Shown here in pieces: positions 54,736 through 64,000 of a DNA stretch of 64,000 nucleotides; positions within the stretch are counted from its first letter, which is position 1; each line of letters opens with the position of its first letter. The stretch is from an uncultured delta proteobacterium (lineage in GTDB: Bacteria; Desulfobacterota; Binatia; Binatales; Binataceae), in assembly GCA_963815255.1 (NCBI GenBank), contig CAWFGH010000011.1, forward strand, positions 1,002 to 65,001, written 5' to 3'. The notes under the pieces were generated by a model. It worked only from the letters and a program-made list of their open reading frames with translations. It searched no databases and was not told the origin of the DNA. Position numbers and translations under genes: made by a program.

Positions 54736-56553
54736 TTAGCGGCCAGCCGCCGCCAGTCCCTCGGCTTTACTGTTGGTGTGTTTGTGACCGGCGCGCGTGC
54801 GCTTCGTCGCCTCGCCGTCGATAGTCTTCGATTGGGAATCGATGACTACTCCGTAGTTGTCGCGCGCCTTGGCCGGTGTCACGTAGCCGTCGAGAAAATC
54901 TTCCAGCACCCGCGCCGGTTCGCGCAGCATCGGATCGCCCCAGCCGCCGCCGCCCGTGGTCAGGACTTCGAATCGATCGCCCGCCTCCAGGCGCTTGCCG
55001 CGCAGCGGATTGTGCCATACGCCGTCGGGTGAGATGCCGCCGAAAACGTCGAGCTTGCCCTCCGCGGTCACACGCGAGACCCGCTGCGCCACGCTATCGC
55101 CGCCGCCCGCAACTCCGGGGGTGCCGGTCCGTGTACGCGAGGTCTCGATCGAGACCTCCGAGGAACCAAGCATCGTGATCACCATGCGCGAACCAAGCCC
55201 GCCGCGATTGCGGCCGGCGCCGGCCGAGTCGGCGCGCAGGTCAAAGGCCTCGTAGCGGATCGGGAAGAGCAATTCCGCGACCTCGGCGGACAGGTTTGCG
55301 CAGTTTCCCAGCGGATCCTGGGTCACGTTCATGCCGTCGTGGCGCGGCGTGCCGCCCCATCCGCCCGCCGGCAGATCCGAGAAGACGAAATTCTCGCCGC
55401 TTGTCGGATCCTTCACCGAGCATACGAACCAGTTGCACTCGGCGAAGGTCGGCGCGACCGCGCGATCGGGAATCGCGTCGGAAAGCGCCTTCCAGATTGC
55501 CGCCGTGATCTTGGAGGAGGTGAGAGTGGTGCAACCGATCGTCGGCGAAGGCCATTTCGCGTTGAGCCAGCTTCGCTCCGGCAGCCGAATCTCGATCGGG
55601 CGGAAGCTGCCTGCGTTGGCCGGCGCGTCGGGCGAGAGAAAAAACTTCAGCGAGTAGTAGACCGCCGAATAGGTATTGGCCATCGGCGAGTTGATTCCAC
55701 CGGCTACCGGCGCATCGCTGCCCTCGAAGTCCACCACGATGCGGTCGTCCTCGACCTGGAGCGTGACCTCGACGCGCACCGGATCGTCGGTGATGCCGTC
55801 GGTGTCCGCGTAGTCGACCGCATGGTAGGTCCCGTTGGGGATTTCGCGAATCGCGTTGCGGGTCAGGCGCTCAGTGTAGTCGAGCACCTCGCGCATTCCC
55901 TGGCGCACGGTCTCGATACCGTAACGGCCCGCGATACGCCGCAGTTCCGCCTCGGCCACCTGCAGCGCCGCAAGATGCGCCTGCAGGTCGCCCTTGATGT
56001 ATTGCGGGGTGCGCGTGTTGGCGACGATGATCCGCAGCAAGTCGTCATTGATGCGATAGTTCTCGTACATCCGAAGCGGCGGCAGCCGCAATCCTTCGCC
56101 GGCGATATGCGTGCCGAAGGCCTGTCCGCCGGCCGCGCCACCGCCGACGTCGGTCCAATGGCCGCGCGAAACGGCGAAGCCCAGGATGTCGCCGTCGAAA
56201 AAGACCGGCATCGTAAACGTCATGTCGTTCAGATGCGTGCCGCCGTCGTAAGGATCGTTGAGCACGAAGATGTCGCCCGGGCGCAGGCTCTCAAAGCCGA
56301 AATGCTTCACCGAGGCTTGCGCCGAAAAATGCATCGCCGCGATATGAACCGGACAATTGGCGGTCTGACCGAGCAGCTCGAGCTTTTCGTTGTAGATCGC
56401 GTTGGAGAAATCGACCATGTCGTAAATGATTGGCGAGAAGGCAGCCTTCTGTAGCACCGTGCTCATCCTGCCGCAGACGTATTCGAACGAACTGCGCAGC
56501 ACTTCGAAGGTTACCGGGTCAAGCCGCTTGCCATTTTCATTCGAGCTGTTCAT
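54736..56553 (-). CDS. hyuB: Hydantoinase B / oxoprolinase family protein
   Basis: DPVTFEVLRSSFEYVCGRMSTVLQKAAFSPIIYDMVDFSNAIY...VLNDPYDGGTHLNDM...GGGGWGDP. Confidence 0.9.
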   Translation of the reverse strand: MNSSNENGKRLDPVTFEVLRSSFEYVCGRMSTVLQKAAFSPIIYDMVDFSNAIYNEKLELLGQTANCPVHIAAMHFSAQASVKHFGFESLRPGDIFVLNDPYDGGTHLNDMTFTMPVFFDGDILGFAVSRGHWTDVGGGAAGGQAFGTHIAGEGLRLPPLRMYENYRINDDLLRIIVANTRTPQYIKGDLQAHLAALQVAEAELRRIAGRYGIETVRQGMREVLDYTERLTRNAIREIPNGTYHAVDYADTDGITDDPVRVEVTLQVEDDRIVVDFEGSDAPVAGGINSPMANTYSAVYYSLKFFLSPDAPANAGSFRPIEIRLPERSWLNAKWPSPTIGCTTLTSSKITAAIWKALSDAIPDRAVAPTFAECNWFVCSVKDPTSGENFVFSDLPAGGWGGTPRHDGMNVTQDPLGNCANLSAEVAELLFPIRYEAFDLRADSAGAGRNRGGLGSRMVITMLGSSEVSIETSRTRTGTPGVAGGGDSVAQRVSRVTAEGKLDVFGGISPDGVWHNPLRGKRLEAGDRFEVLTTGGGGWGDPMLREPARVLEDFLDGYVTPAKARDNYGVVIDSQSKTIDGEATKRTRAGHKHTNSKAEGLAAAGR

Positions 56554-56562
56554 CGGATTCCC

Positions 56563-58602
56563 TCACACCGTTATGGACAGATTGCCCTCAACGTCGACCA
56601 TGGCCGAACTTGCAGGCGCAAGCGCGGTACACGAATGCTCGTGTTCGATTATCGCAGGTCCCTCGATCTTGTGCCCCGGGCAGAGCGCGGCGGCATCGTA
56701 GAGCGCGGTCCGGATGGCTTTGCCGTCGAAGATCACCTCGCGCTCGCCCTTGATCACGTTTCCAGTATCGCCTTTCCGGGCGCCGCCGGGAACAGCCGCC
56801 GTATCACCGGTTCCGTGCCCGGCAACCACGCCCAACGCGGTCACGCCCAGGCTGACGAAGGCCGGCTCGAACTCCTCCGACGCGACCCCGTATTCGCGCT
56901 GATGCGCCTTGTGAAAATTCGCCCTGACTTCATCGAGCGTCGATCCGATCCGGTCGGGGATTGGGGTCAGGACTTCGTAGCTCTGACCGACGTAGCGCAT
57001 CTGCGCGGTACGCTTGAGCCTTACCGCGGTGAGCGCGATTCCCTCGCGTGACAAAAGCGCGCGGCCCTCTTCCTCGAGCGCGCGATACCGCTGCTCGAGT
57101 TGATCTGGATCGGTATCCGCGAGCGGCGAGTAGAAAAAGCGCTCCAGGTCGTGGCGCAAATCCATCCGCGTCGCGCCATAGGCAGACGCGACACCGGCGT
57201 AAGCAGGGACGATCACGATGGGAATTCCGAGCGAGCGAGCGATCCAGCAAGCGTGCATCGCGCCTGCGCCGCCCGAGCTGGCGAGCGCGAAATCGCGCGG
57301 GTCGCGTCCGCGCTCGGCCAGGGCGAGACGAATCGCCTGCGCCATGTTTTCCGTGCAGATCGAGACAATACCTTCGGCTGCCGCGATCGGATCGAGTCCC
57401 ACGCGCTTGCCGATCTCGGCGACCGCGCGATGGGCGGCATCACGATCGAGAATCATCTTGCCGCCTAGCGTCGGCTCCAGCCGGCCGAGCAGCAGATTGG
57501 CGTCGGTGACGGTTGCGTGCTTCGCGCCCTTGCCATAGCAGGCCGGGCCGGGATCGGATCCGGCGCTTCGCGGTCCGACCCGCAACGATCCGCCGTCGTC
57601 GATCCACGCGATCGAGCCGCCTCCGGCGCCGATACTCCTGATGTCGAGCATCGGAGTGATGATCGGCATCTCCCAGCGCAGTTCGTAAGAGTTGGTGATC
57701 AGGCCCTCGCCGTCCTCGACTACGGCGACGTCGAACGAGGTGCCGCCCATGTCGGTGTGGATGACTTTCGCGGCCTCGCGCATCGAGTGCGAGAGCGCGC
57801 TGGCGTACGCCACGCCGCCCGCCGGTCCGGATTCGATCAGCTCCTCGGGCCGCTCGATCGCGGAAGCAACTCCCATCACGCCGCCGTTGGACTTGATGAT
57901 GAGCAGCGAGCCCTTGAAACCCCATTTAGTGAGTTCGTGCTCGAGGTCCTGGAGGTAACCGGCCATCACCGGCAGGAGGACGGCGCGCACGACCGTCGTC
58001 ATAAAGCGGCCCAGCTCGCGAAACTGCGGGCGGGTCTCGCTGGAAATTGCGACGCGGATTTTCGGCGCGGCCTCGTGTATCAGCTCGCGCACGCGGCGTT
58101 CGTGGCGGCCGTCGACGTAGGCGTTGATGAAGCAGACGGCGATTGTCTCGGCGCCCTGTGCGAGCGCCTCCGCGATCAGCGCCCGCGCCGCTTCTTCGTC
58201 CAGCGGCCGCACGATCTCGCCCTGAGCCGACATCCGCTCGTTGAGCACGAGGCGCAGGCGGCGCGGGATGAGCGGCCGTTCCTTCACCTGGTACGGATCG
58301 TAAAGGCGTTCGCGGCGCTGGCGCCCAATCTCGATCGTGTCGCGAAATCCCTCGGTGGTGATCATCGCCGCCGTGGGAAAGCTGCGCTCGATAAGCGCGT
58401 TGGTGGCGGTCGTGCTGCCGTGGACTATTTCCGCGACTTCGCCAGCCTTGATGCCCGTCTGCTTGAGCGCGCCGAGGACGCTTTCGACCAACCGATGCTT
58501 GGTACTGAGAACCTTAGCCGTGCGGGTTTCGCCGTTGTTTTCATTGACCGCGAAAAGATCGGTGAAGGTTCCGCCAACGTCTATTCCGATTCGCCAGGAC
58601 AT
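56563..58602 (-). CDS. hyuA: Hydantoinase/oxoprolinase A family protein
   Basis: WRIGIDVGGTFTDLF...VHGSTTATNALIER...IHTDMGGTSFDV.... Immediately upstream of and co-oriented with hyuB. Confidence 0.9.
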   Translation of the reverse strand: MSWRIGIDVGGTFTDLFAVNENNGETRTAKVLSTKHRLVESVLGALKQTGIKAGEVAEIVHGSTTATNALIERSFPTAAMITTEGFRDTIEIGRQRRERLYDPYQVKERPLIPRRLRLVLNERMSAQGEIVRPLDEEAARALIAEALAQGAETIAVCFINAYVDGRHERRVRELIHEAAPKIRVAISSETRPQFRELGRFMTTVVRAVLLPVMAGYLQDLEHELTKWGFKGSLLIIKSNGGVMGVASAIERPEELIESGPAGGVAYASALSHSMREAAKVIHTDMGGTSFDVAVVEDGEGLITNSYELRWEMPIITPMLDIRSIGAGGGSIAWIDDGGSLRVGPRSAGSDPGPACYGKGAKHATVTDANLLLGRLEPTLGGKMILDRDAAHRAVAEIGKRVGLDPIAAAEGIVSICTENMAQAIRLALAERGRDPRDFALASSGGAGAMHACWIARSLGIPIVIVPAYAGVASAYGATRMDLRHDLERFFYSPLADTDPDQLEQRYRALEEEGRALLSREGIALTAVRLKRTAQMRYVGQSYEVLTPIPDRIGSTLDEVRANFHKAHQREYGVASEEFEPAFVSLGVTALGVVAGHGTGDTAAVPGGARKGDTGNVIKGEREVIFDGKAIRTALYDAAALCPGHKIEGPAIIEHEHSCTALAPASSAMVDVEGNLSITV

Positions 58603-58768
58603 CGCCGCCGATGCTAGCCGTCCAGGCTAAACAGGTCAAAGGAAACGGCGCTCAGGTCCGCCTTACCGGTCGCCGGATCCACCGAAAAGGAAACGTGCGA
58701 GTCGATAATCTTCCACCCTCCGAGTTCTTCGAGCCAAACGTTGCCAAGCCTCGGCCGGACTATTGTCG

Positions 58769-59266
58769 TCACTTGCCGGTAACCAATTGCTTGGTCAGAA
58801 AGTAGTGGTGATGCCCTGCTGGATGATTCTCGAGCGTTCCGAAAACGCGATACCCCAACTTTTCGTAGAACGGCCGCGCTTGAAAACTGAACGTGCCGAG
58901 GTATGCGTCGGTGCAGTGACGCTCGACCGCATAAAGCTCCGCTTGCTTCATTAGCTCCCTGCCAAAGCCACGCCCGCGCATGGGAGCTGCCACGCCCAGC
59001 GTTCCGATGTAGAGCCACGCGGCCCAGATATCTCCAAGCAAGCCGCCCAACACTTCGCCTCTTTCGTCCTTCAAAAAGAAGGCAACCGGATACCATTCGG
59101 CGCGGCCGGTGAGAGCAATATTGTGATTATCTACAATGGTCTGCACGACGTTGCGCAGATCGGCAGCCGCGTACGGATCGAATACTATCGTAGGGTTGCT
59201 CATAACGGTATTCAGATTGGATGAGTTGATCGTCACCCTTGCGCGTATCGCGTTCGGATTCGTCAC
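58769..59266 (-). CDS. GNAT-family N-acetyltransferase
   Basis: ...WLYIGTLGVAAPMRGRGFGRELMKQAELYAVERHC...YEKLGY. Confidence 0.85.
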   Translation of the reverse strand: MTNPNAIRARVTINSSNLNTVMSNPTIVFDPYAAADLRNVVQTIVDNHNIALTGRAEWYPVAFFLKDERGEVLGGLLGDIWAAWLYIGTLGVAAPMRGRGFGRELMKQAELYAVERHCTDAYLGTFSFQARPFYEKLGYRVFGTLENHPAGHHHYFLTKQLVTGK

Positions 59267-59311
59267 CTCACGAGTTCTTTACTAGGGTGTTCTCATTCGA
59301 GTCTTGGGCGC

Positions 59312-61348
59312 TCATGCCGAAGCCATCGGGCCCACGGTAACCTCCACGCTGTGCACGGCGGTGCTTTCCCCCATGTCCGACTTGCGCCCGGGGTTCAGCA
59401 CGTTCACGTTTCGTTGTCCGGCTTCCTGCTTGGGCCAGCGGCCCTTGTGCGAGAGCGCGACTCCGCGCGGCAAGGTTTCGGTCAAGGTGACGCGCATCAC
59501 CAGGCGGCCCGTTTCGTTCGCTACCAGCGCCTGGTCGCCTTCTGCGAGACCGCGGCCGGCGGCGTCCGCCGGATGCATCGCGATCGCGGCCGGGCCCACG
59601 TGGGCCGCTATTTTGGCCACGTTCGAGAAGCTGTCGTTCAGGCTCCACGCCGAGGATGGCGACAGCAATCGCAGCCGCCCCGACGCCGGCCTGGGATCAG
59701 CGAGCGGCTGCGGAACTCGCGGATGGCCGTCGGCCGCGGCGCTCTCGGAAGCGATTTCGATACGTCCACTGGGCGTGGGGAAGGTCAGATCGCGAAACTG
59801 GATCATCGGCTCGGCGGGAATGTGCACGGGCGCGCGTGCGGCAAACGCGCGAAAATCTCCGTCGAGGTTTGCGCGCTTGAGTAGCGTGGCAATGATTTCG
59901 GAATCGCTCTCGTGCAACTCGGGCTCAGCAAACTCCATCGCGCTGGCCAGCCGGCGAAAAATTTCGGAGTTGGGCAGCGCCTCGCCCATCGGCTCCGCCG
60001 CCTTGACCTGCGCCGAAAGCGTCAGGTGAAAGTAGCTCGCCACGAGATCGTCGAACTCCAGGAAGCTCGCCGCCGGTAACACAAAATCGGCAAAATCGGT
60101 GGTATCAGTCGGAAACAGATCGAGCACGACAGTCATCAGGTCCTCGCGCATCAGCGCCTTGCGCAAGCGCTCCTGCTGCGGGTTGGACGCGGCAATATTG
60201 ATGTTCCAGCACATCAGGGCCTGCGCGCGCGCGGGGGCCTCCAGGCAAGCGGCGAGGTCCATTTGACTGATTGACGGCGGAGCGCTCTTGCTCAGATGCG
60301 GCGCGGTCAGATACTCGCCGTCGATCCCGCGTTGCGCCATGTCGAAGTTCAGATAGACGAAACCAGTGCCGGCCTTGCCGATATTTCCGGTTACCGCCGG
60401 AAGAATCGAGCACGCGCGCATCACGTTGCCGCCGGTCGGCTGGCGCTGGAGCGCCTGGCCCATCCACAGCAGCGACGGCCCCCGGCCATAGAGCCGCGCC
60501 GTCTCCTCGATCAGGCGGGCGGGCACGCCGGTCTGAGCTTCGCCCCATGCGGGAGTGCATTGCGCGAGCATCGGTTCGAGCTCATCCCATCCCACGGTGT
60601 GCTGGGCCACGAAGTCGCGATCGACCAGTCCCTCCCGCTGGATAACGTGAAGCATCGAGAAGGCCAGCGCCGCATCGCTCCCCGGAAACGGCTGAAGATG
60701 GATATCCGCGGCCTCGGCCGACGCCGTGCGCACCGGATCGATTACCACGACCTTGCCCGGCAGGTTTTCGATCCAATGTTCCTGCACGTGCGGACCAGAA
60801 GCCGAGGGATTTGCGCCCCACACGAGGATGCACGCGGCGGCGGCGCCGGTTCGCGGATCGAAGCCGCTCACCGAAGTTCCATATACGTAGTGCAAGGCCA
60901 CGTGGCCGGCCATGTTGCAAATCGTGTCGGGGCTGACCTCGGTCGCGCCGAGCCGGTTGAAGAAACGCGTCGGAAAGAGATACGCGATGAGCGAGATCGT
61001 GCCACTGTAGTGCGTATTGAGGATGGCCTGTGGTCCGGCGCTCGCGGCGATCCGCTTGAGCCGATCGGCGATCGCGGCAATCGCGACGTCCCAAGACACC
61101 GGCTCGAAGCGGCCCTCGCCCTTGCGCCCGACACGTCGCAGCGGCCGGGTCAGGCGCGAGCGCGGGTCCAGCCATTCGTTGTTGTAGCCAATCGAGCATT
61201 TGACGCAAAGCTGGCCCTGGCTCACGAAATGCGCGGGGTCGCCGCGTACCGACTCGATCGCGCCGTTGCGCTTGTGAACGGTAACTCCGCAGGTATCGTA
61301 ACAGTCGCGCGGGCACGCAGTGCGGACGATTTCCTCAAGCTCACTCAT
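59312..61348 (-). CDS. Molybdopterin (bis-MGD) oxidoreductase with an N-terminal 4Fe-4S motif, cytoplasmic type
   Basis: CPRDCYDTCG...GQLCVKC cluster motif, ...RFEPVSWDVAIAAIADRL..., a C-terminal molydopterin_dinucleotide-binding beta-barrel (...IAMHPADA..RGLAEGD.ALVANETG). No Tat signal. Confidence 0.85.
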   Translation of the reverse strand: MSELEEIVRTACPRDCYDTCGVTVHKRNGAIESVRGDPAHFVSQGQLCVKCSIGYNNEWLDPRSRLTRPLRRVGRKGEGRFEPVSWDVAIAAIADRLKRIAASAGPQAILNTHYSGTISLIAYLFPTRFFNRLGATEVSPDTICNMAGHVALHYVYGTSVSGFDPRTGAAAACILVWGANPSASGPHVQEHWIENLPGKVVVIDPVRTASAEAADIHLQPFPGSDAALAFSMLHVIQREGLVDRDFVAQHTVGWDELEPMLAQCTPAWGEAQTGVPARLIEETARLYGRGPSLLWMGQALQRQPTGGNVMRACSILPAVTGNIGKAGTGFVYLNFDMAQRGIDGEYLTAPHLSKSAPPSISQMDLAACLEAPARAQALMCWNINIAASNPQQERLRKALMREDLMTVVLDLFPTDTTDFADFVLPAASFLEFDDLVASYFHLTLSAQVKAAEPMGEALPNSEIFRRLASAMEFAEPELHESDSEIIATLLKRANLDGDFRAFAARAPVHIPAEPMIQFRDLTFPTPSGRIEIASESAAADGHPRVPQPLADPRPASGRLRLLSPSSAWSLNDSFSNVAKIAAHVGPAAIAMHPADAAGRGLAEGDQALVANETGRLVMRVTLTETLPRGVALSHKGRWPKQEAGQRNVNVLNPGRKSDMGESTAVHSVEVTVGPMASA

Positions 61349-61362
61349 TTGAATGGCTCCTC

Positions 61363-62790
61363 TTAATTAGACGCATCGCTCTCGGCTGGCCCCGCTCCCG
61401 GCACAGGCTGATTCACGCCGGCGAATTCAGAAAGGCCTTTGCGCCGCGAGCGGATCCACACCAAGCCGACTATCATGTACACAAGGAACAGGTATGGGAA
61501 AACGCCATACGGCCAGGGCGGGACTGGATATACGCTCCCGACTGCGGGAAACAGCAGCAGCAGCGCCGCCGCGCCCGCGAGCGCATAGTCGCGGCCGCGA
61601 ACGATACCCTCGTGCTTCAGATATGCCGGCGCCGCGATCGAAACCAGGAAATACGAGCCGATAAATCCGAACGCGGTCAGCGTGCCTGCGTAACCGACGA
61701 TGTCGAACGGCTGCGTGCCCGGCACCAGCAGCATCGCGGCCGGCACGACGAAGAGCAGCGCGCCCATTATGGTGACCGCGACATGCGGCGTTTCGTGGGT
61801 GTCGTGCGCGGCACCGACGGATGAAGGGAGGAGCCCGTGACGGCTCAGCGAGTAGAGGATCCGCGCGCCTGAGTTGAGACACGCGAGGCCGCCCGCGAAG
61901 CAGCTTATGATTACCGCCAATGACATCGGCACCACCAGCGCGGGCATCCCCATCACCTGCGCCAGAACGTTCAGCGGCGTATCGACCTTATCCAACGGAG
62001 TCTTGTAACCGATGAAGCCGAATATCTCGGTGTAGGAAATCAGCACGAAAAATAGCCCGGTCAGAATCAGGTTTACGATCAGCACGCGAGGAATCGTGAC
62101 GAGCGGCTCCTTCGCCTCTTCTCCGAAGGCGGTGGCGTTCTCGAAGCCGACCAGGCTGAACACCGCGATATTCACGCCCATCGCGATTCCGGACAGCGAC
62201 GATCCTTTCAGCGTGAGCTGCGCGGTGTCCAGCGCGAACTTGTGTTTGGACAGCACCACCGCACAGAGGATCAGAATCATCGTAATCGAGAGGGCCTCGA
62301 ACACCAGCATCACGATGCTCGAAATCTGCACGTCCTCGTAGGCGAGAAACCAGATTATGAAACATAGGATCGCGAACATCAGCGCGTTCGGGACCTGGAA
62401 TCCGAGCATCCCGAACAACGCGTTGCCAAAGATCGCGAAGCCCGCCACCCCGGCGATTCCATCGAAGAGATAAGCCCAGACCAGGCACCATCCCGAAATG
62501 CCGCCGGTCGTCGCCCCGAGTCCCATCACGGTGTATGTGTGCATGGAGCCGGTCGCCGCCGAACGGCGCGCGAACTGGTTGAGGTTGAAAGTCACGAACA
62601 GCAGCATGATCGTGCCGAAGAAATAAGCGAGCCAGCTTGCGTTGCCGGCGCTCGCGTACATCAGTGGAACGACCAGCGCCGCGACGAGCGTAGGCCCGAT
62701 ATTCGCAACCGAGATCGCCGAGAGCTCGGTGAAGTTGAGGCATCCGGCGCGCAAAGCTCCCGCCGCGGACTTTTTCGAGGAGGTTTCCAT
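61363..62790 (-). CDS. APC-family amino-acid/polyamine permease
   Basis: 12-TM profile. ...FTELSAISVANIGPT.... Start is ATG 62790 (METSSKK...) or TTG 62892. The longer form would leave only 2 nt to the divergent gene. Confidence 0.8.
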   Translation of the reverse strand: METSSKKSAAGALRAGCLNFTELSAISVANIGPTLVAALVVPLMYASAGNASWLAYFFGTIMLLFVTFNLNQFARRSAATGSMHTYTVMGLGATTGGISGWCLVWAYLFDGIAGVAGFAIFGNALFGMLGFQVPNALMFAILCFIIWFLAYEDVQISSIVMLVFEALSITMILILCAVVLSKHKFALDTAQLTLKGSSLSGIAMGVNIAVFSLVGFENATAFGEEAKEPLVTIPRVLIVNLILTGLFFVLISYTEIFGFIGYKTPLDKVDTPLNVLAQVMGMPALVVPMSLAVIISCFAGGLACLNSGARILYSLSRHGLLPSSVGAAHDTHETPHVAVTIMGALLFVVPAAMLLVPGTQPFDIVGYAGTLTAFGFIGSYFLVSIAAPAYLKHEGIVRGRDYALAGAAALLLLFPAVGSVYPVPPWPYGVFPYLFLVYMIVGLVWIRSRRKGLSEFAGVNQPVPGAGPAESDASN

Positions 62791-62894
62791 AGGGTCGTAC
62801 AAATCTAGTTTCGCGGGATGGCCCGTGCAAAGAGCCCCGTTCGAGAGGACTCGACCGTCCGGCGAGGACTTACTAGACTCGTCTCTCTTCAACG

Positions 62895-63875
62895 ATGAAC
62901 CAGGCGATCAAAGAAACGCCGGCAGATGCTTCGGCGATGCTCGGCAAGTACATGCGCTACCCATTCGCCGAGGGCAACTACAGTCTTGCGCTGGGCCTGG
63001 TGCCGATGGCCGAGGAAACCTGGCTCGACATCGACGAGCACTACGCCGCCGAGATGAGCGAAAAGGCGCGCCGCCTGCGCGATGAGTACGCGATGGTGTT
63101 CTGCGCGATGCCCGGCAGCGAACGCGGCCAGGCCGAAGTGCTCGAGATGCTGCTGGAGCATCTGGCGATCTACTATCCGAATTTCTTCCGCATCTCGCGC
63201 GGCGCGGCACCGCGAAACGCCGATGAAGGGATCGAGGCGGACGCCCGTATCGAAAATCTTATCAATGACGAAACCTGGCGCGTGGGCGATTTCAGCGCCG
63301 CGCCGCTCGACCTCGCCGCCCGCCTGATCCAGGAAGACCTCTGCCTGATGAGCCCCGACGGCAAGGGCACCTACGTGCTGAGCGCCGGCTCGGTTTGCTT
63401 TCCGTTGCGCTGGGAGCTGACGGAAAAATTCGCGCTGCCGATGGCCGGTATTCATCATGCGGTTCCCGGCTACGACGAAAAGCTCGCGGCGCCCTCGGAC
63501 CGTTACATGGTGGGGCTCAAGGCGCACAAGCCTTCGTGGCGATCCAACTGGAGCATCGTCGATGCCCCGGACCTCTATCTGAAACAGCGCCGTTTCAAGC
63601 AGGGCCAGAACAGCGAAATCACCGCCGACAATGCCGGCCGCAAGTTGTGGATCAGATCGGAACGGCAGAGCCTGCGAAGATTGCCGCGCTCGGGCGACGT
63701 GCTCTTTACGATTCGGACTTACATCCGGCCGCTGTCGGTGCTGGAGAGCTTGCCGTCGGTGGCGCGAGGGCTGGCCCAGGCGCTCGACAAGGTGCCGCCT
63801 GATATGCGCGGCTACAAAAATCAGCTTCCTATACGCGAGGCCCTACTCGCCTACCTGAGCCGCATCTCCGGCTAA
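62895..63875 (+). CDS. DUF3445 protein (heme-dependent oxidative N-demethylase alpha-subunit-like family)
   Basis: ...LDLAARLIQEDLCLMSPDGKGTYVLSAGSVCFPLRWELTEKFALPMAGIHHAVPGY...SWRSNWSI.. matches the DUF3445 core as I recall it. Confidence 0.75.
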   Translation: MNQAIKETPADASAMLGKYMRYPFAEGNYSLALGLVPMAEETWLDIDEHYAAEMSEKARRLRDEYAMVFCAMPGSERGQAEVLEMLLEHLAIYYPNFFRISRGAAPRNADEGIEADARIENLINDETWRVGDFSAAPLDLAARLIQEDLCLMSPDGKGTYVLSAGSVCFPLRWELTEKFALPMAGIHHAVPGYDEKLAAPSDRYMVGLKAHKPSWRSNWSIVDAPDLYLKQRRFKQGQNSEITADNAGRKLWIRSERQSLRRLPRSGDVLFTIRTYIRPLSVLESLPSVARGLAQALDKVPPDMRGYKNQLPIREALLAYLSRISG

Positions 63876-63899
63876 GCCGCAGCCGCTCGATTCGTTCCT

Positions 63900-64000
63900 T
63901 CAGTTCGGCGGATTGGGCGGCACGGCGGCCTGAGGCGTCGCATTGGGACTGTCTTGCGCGCGCGCCGGCCGCTCTCCCATCACACCGGCGAGATACAGGA
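63900..64000 (-). CDS. 3' end of an unidentified gene entering from the right edge
   Basis: Own translation of the minus strand: ...LYLAGVMGERPARAQDSPNATPQAAVPPNPPN*. Only 33 codons, so no family can be called. Confidence 0.25.
   Translation of the reverse strand, partial: LYLAGVMGERPARAQDSPNATPQAAVPPNPPN

Noticed and set aside
44034-61366. Other long shadow ORFs: 44034-45179(+), 48172-49431(+), 55339-56454(+), 57517-58617(+) and 60296-61366(+).
   Set aside because: All are antisense to confidently assigned minus-strand genes (LLM, ACAD, HyuB, HyuA, molybdoenzyme) and lack any motif.
1-64000. Search by eye for rRNA, tRNA, CRISPR arrays, intact IS elements or transposases, and toxin-antitoxin pairs.
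   Set aside because: None was recognised. Intergenic regions are short and contain no regularly spaced repeats. I did not run tRNAscan or Infernal, so small ncRNAs cannot be excluded.

Overview
High-GC bacterial chromosomal window, probably from an uncultured soil-type organism (phylum not assignable from sequence alone). It holds about 70 protein genes. I saw no rRNA, tRNA, CRISPR array or intact mobile element. Layout: (1) 1-9.7 kb: a minus-strand tripartite MFS efflux operon (NodT-type outer-membrane factor, HlyD adaptor, DHA2 permease), a divergent MmyB-like regulator, then a DUF1329-like and a DUF1302-like outer-membrane pair. Each of these two genes is preceded by a copy of a duplicated regulatory segment. 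A directional ~40-nt element sits upstream of all three transcription units. This is my best candidate for an undescribed co-regulated envelope system. (2) 9.7-14.6 kb: small hydrolase genes (amidase, amidohydrolase, NTF2-like), a MITE-like palindromic element and a Tat-exported split-barrel protein. (3) 14.6-18.4 kb: an island of small envelope and stress proteins (Spy/CpxP-like, holin-like, DUF883, DUF1328, BON). (4) 18.9-34 kb: a Wzx-type exopolysaccharide locus of the PEP-CTERM/XrtA-associated kind. It has export, chain-length, ExeA-like ATPase, degenerate BY-kinase, WbpB/D/E-like, priming transferase, flippase, GT2, deacetylase, GT4 and FemAB-like genes. (5) 34-64 kb: a catabolic mosaic with D-carbamoylase, three LLM oxidoreductases, an ACAD-kinase-DUF6285 module, crotonase, MBL hydrolase, hydantoinase A/B, a molybdopterin oxidoreductase, an APC permease and a DUF3445 protein. 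Five otherwise intact genes each carry a frameshift that moves the frame by +1. This looks like insertion-biased assembly error rather than true pseudogenes. All calls rest on my reading of the translated ORFs and the DNA; no database search was run.
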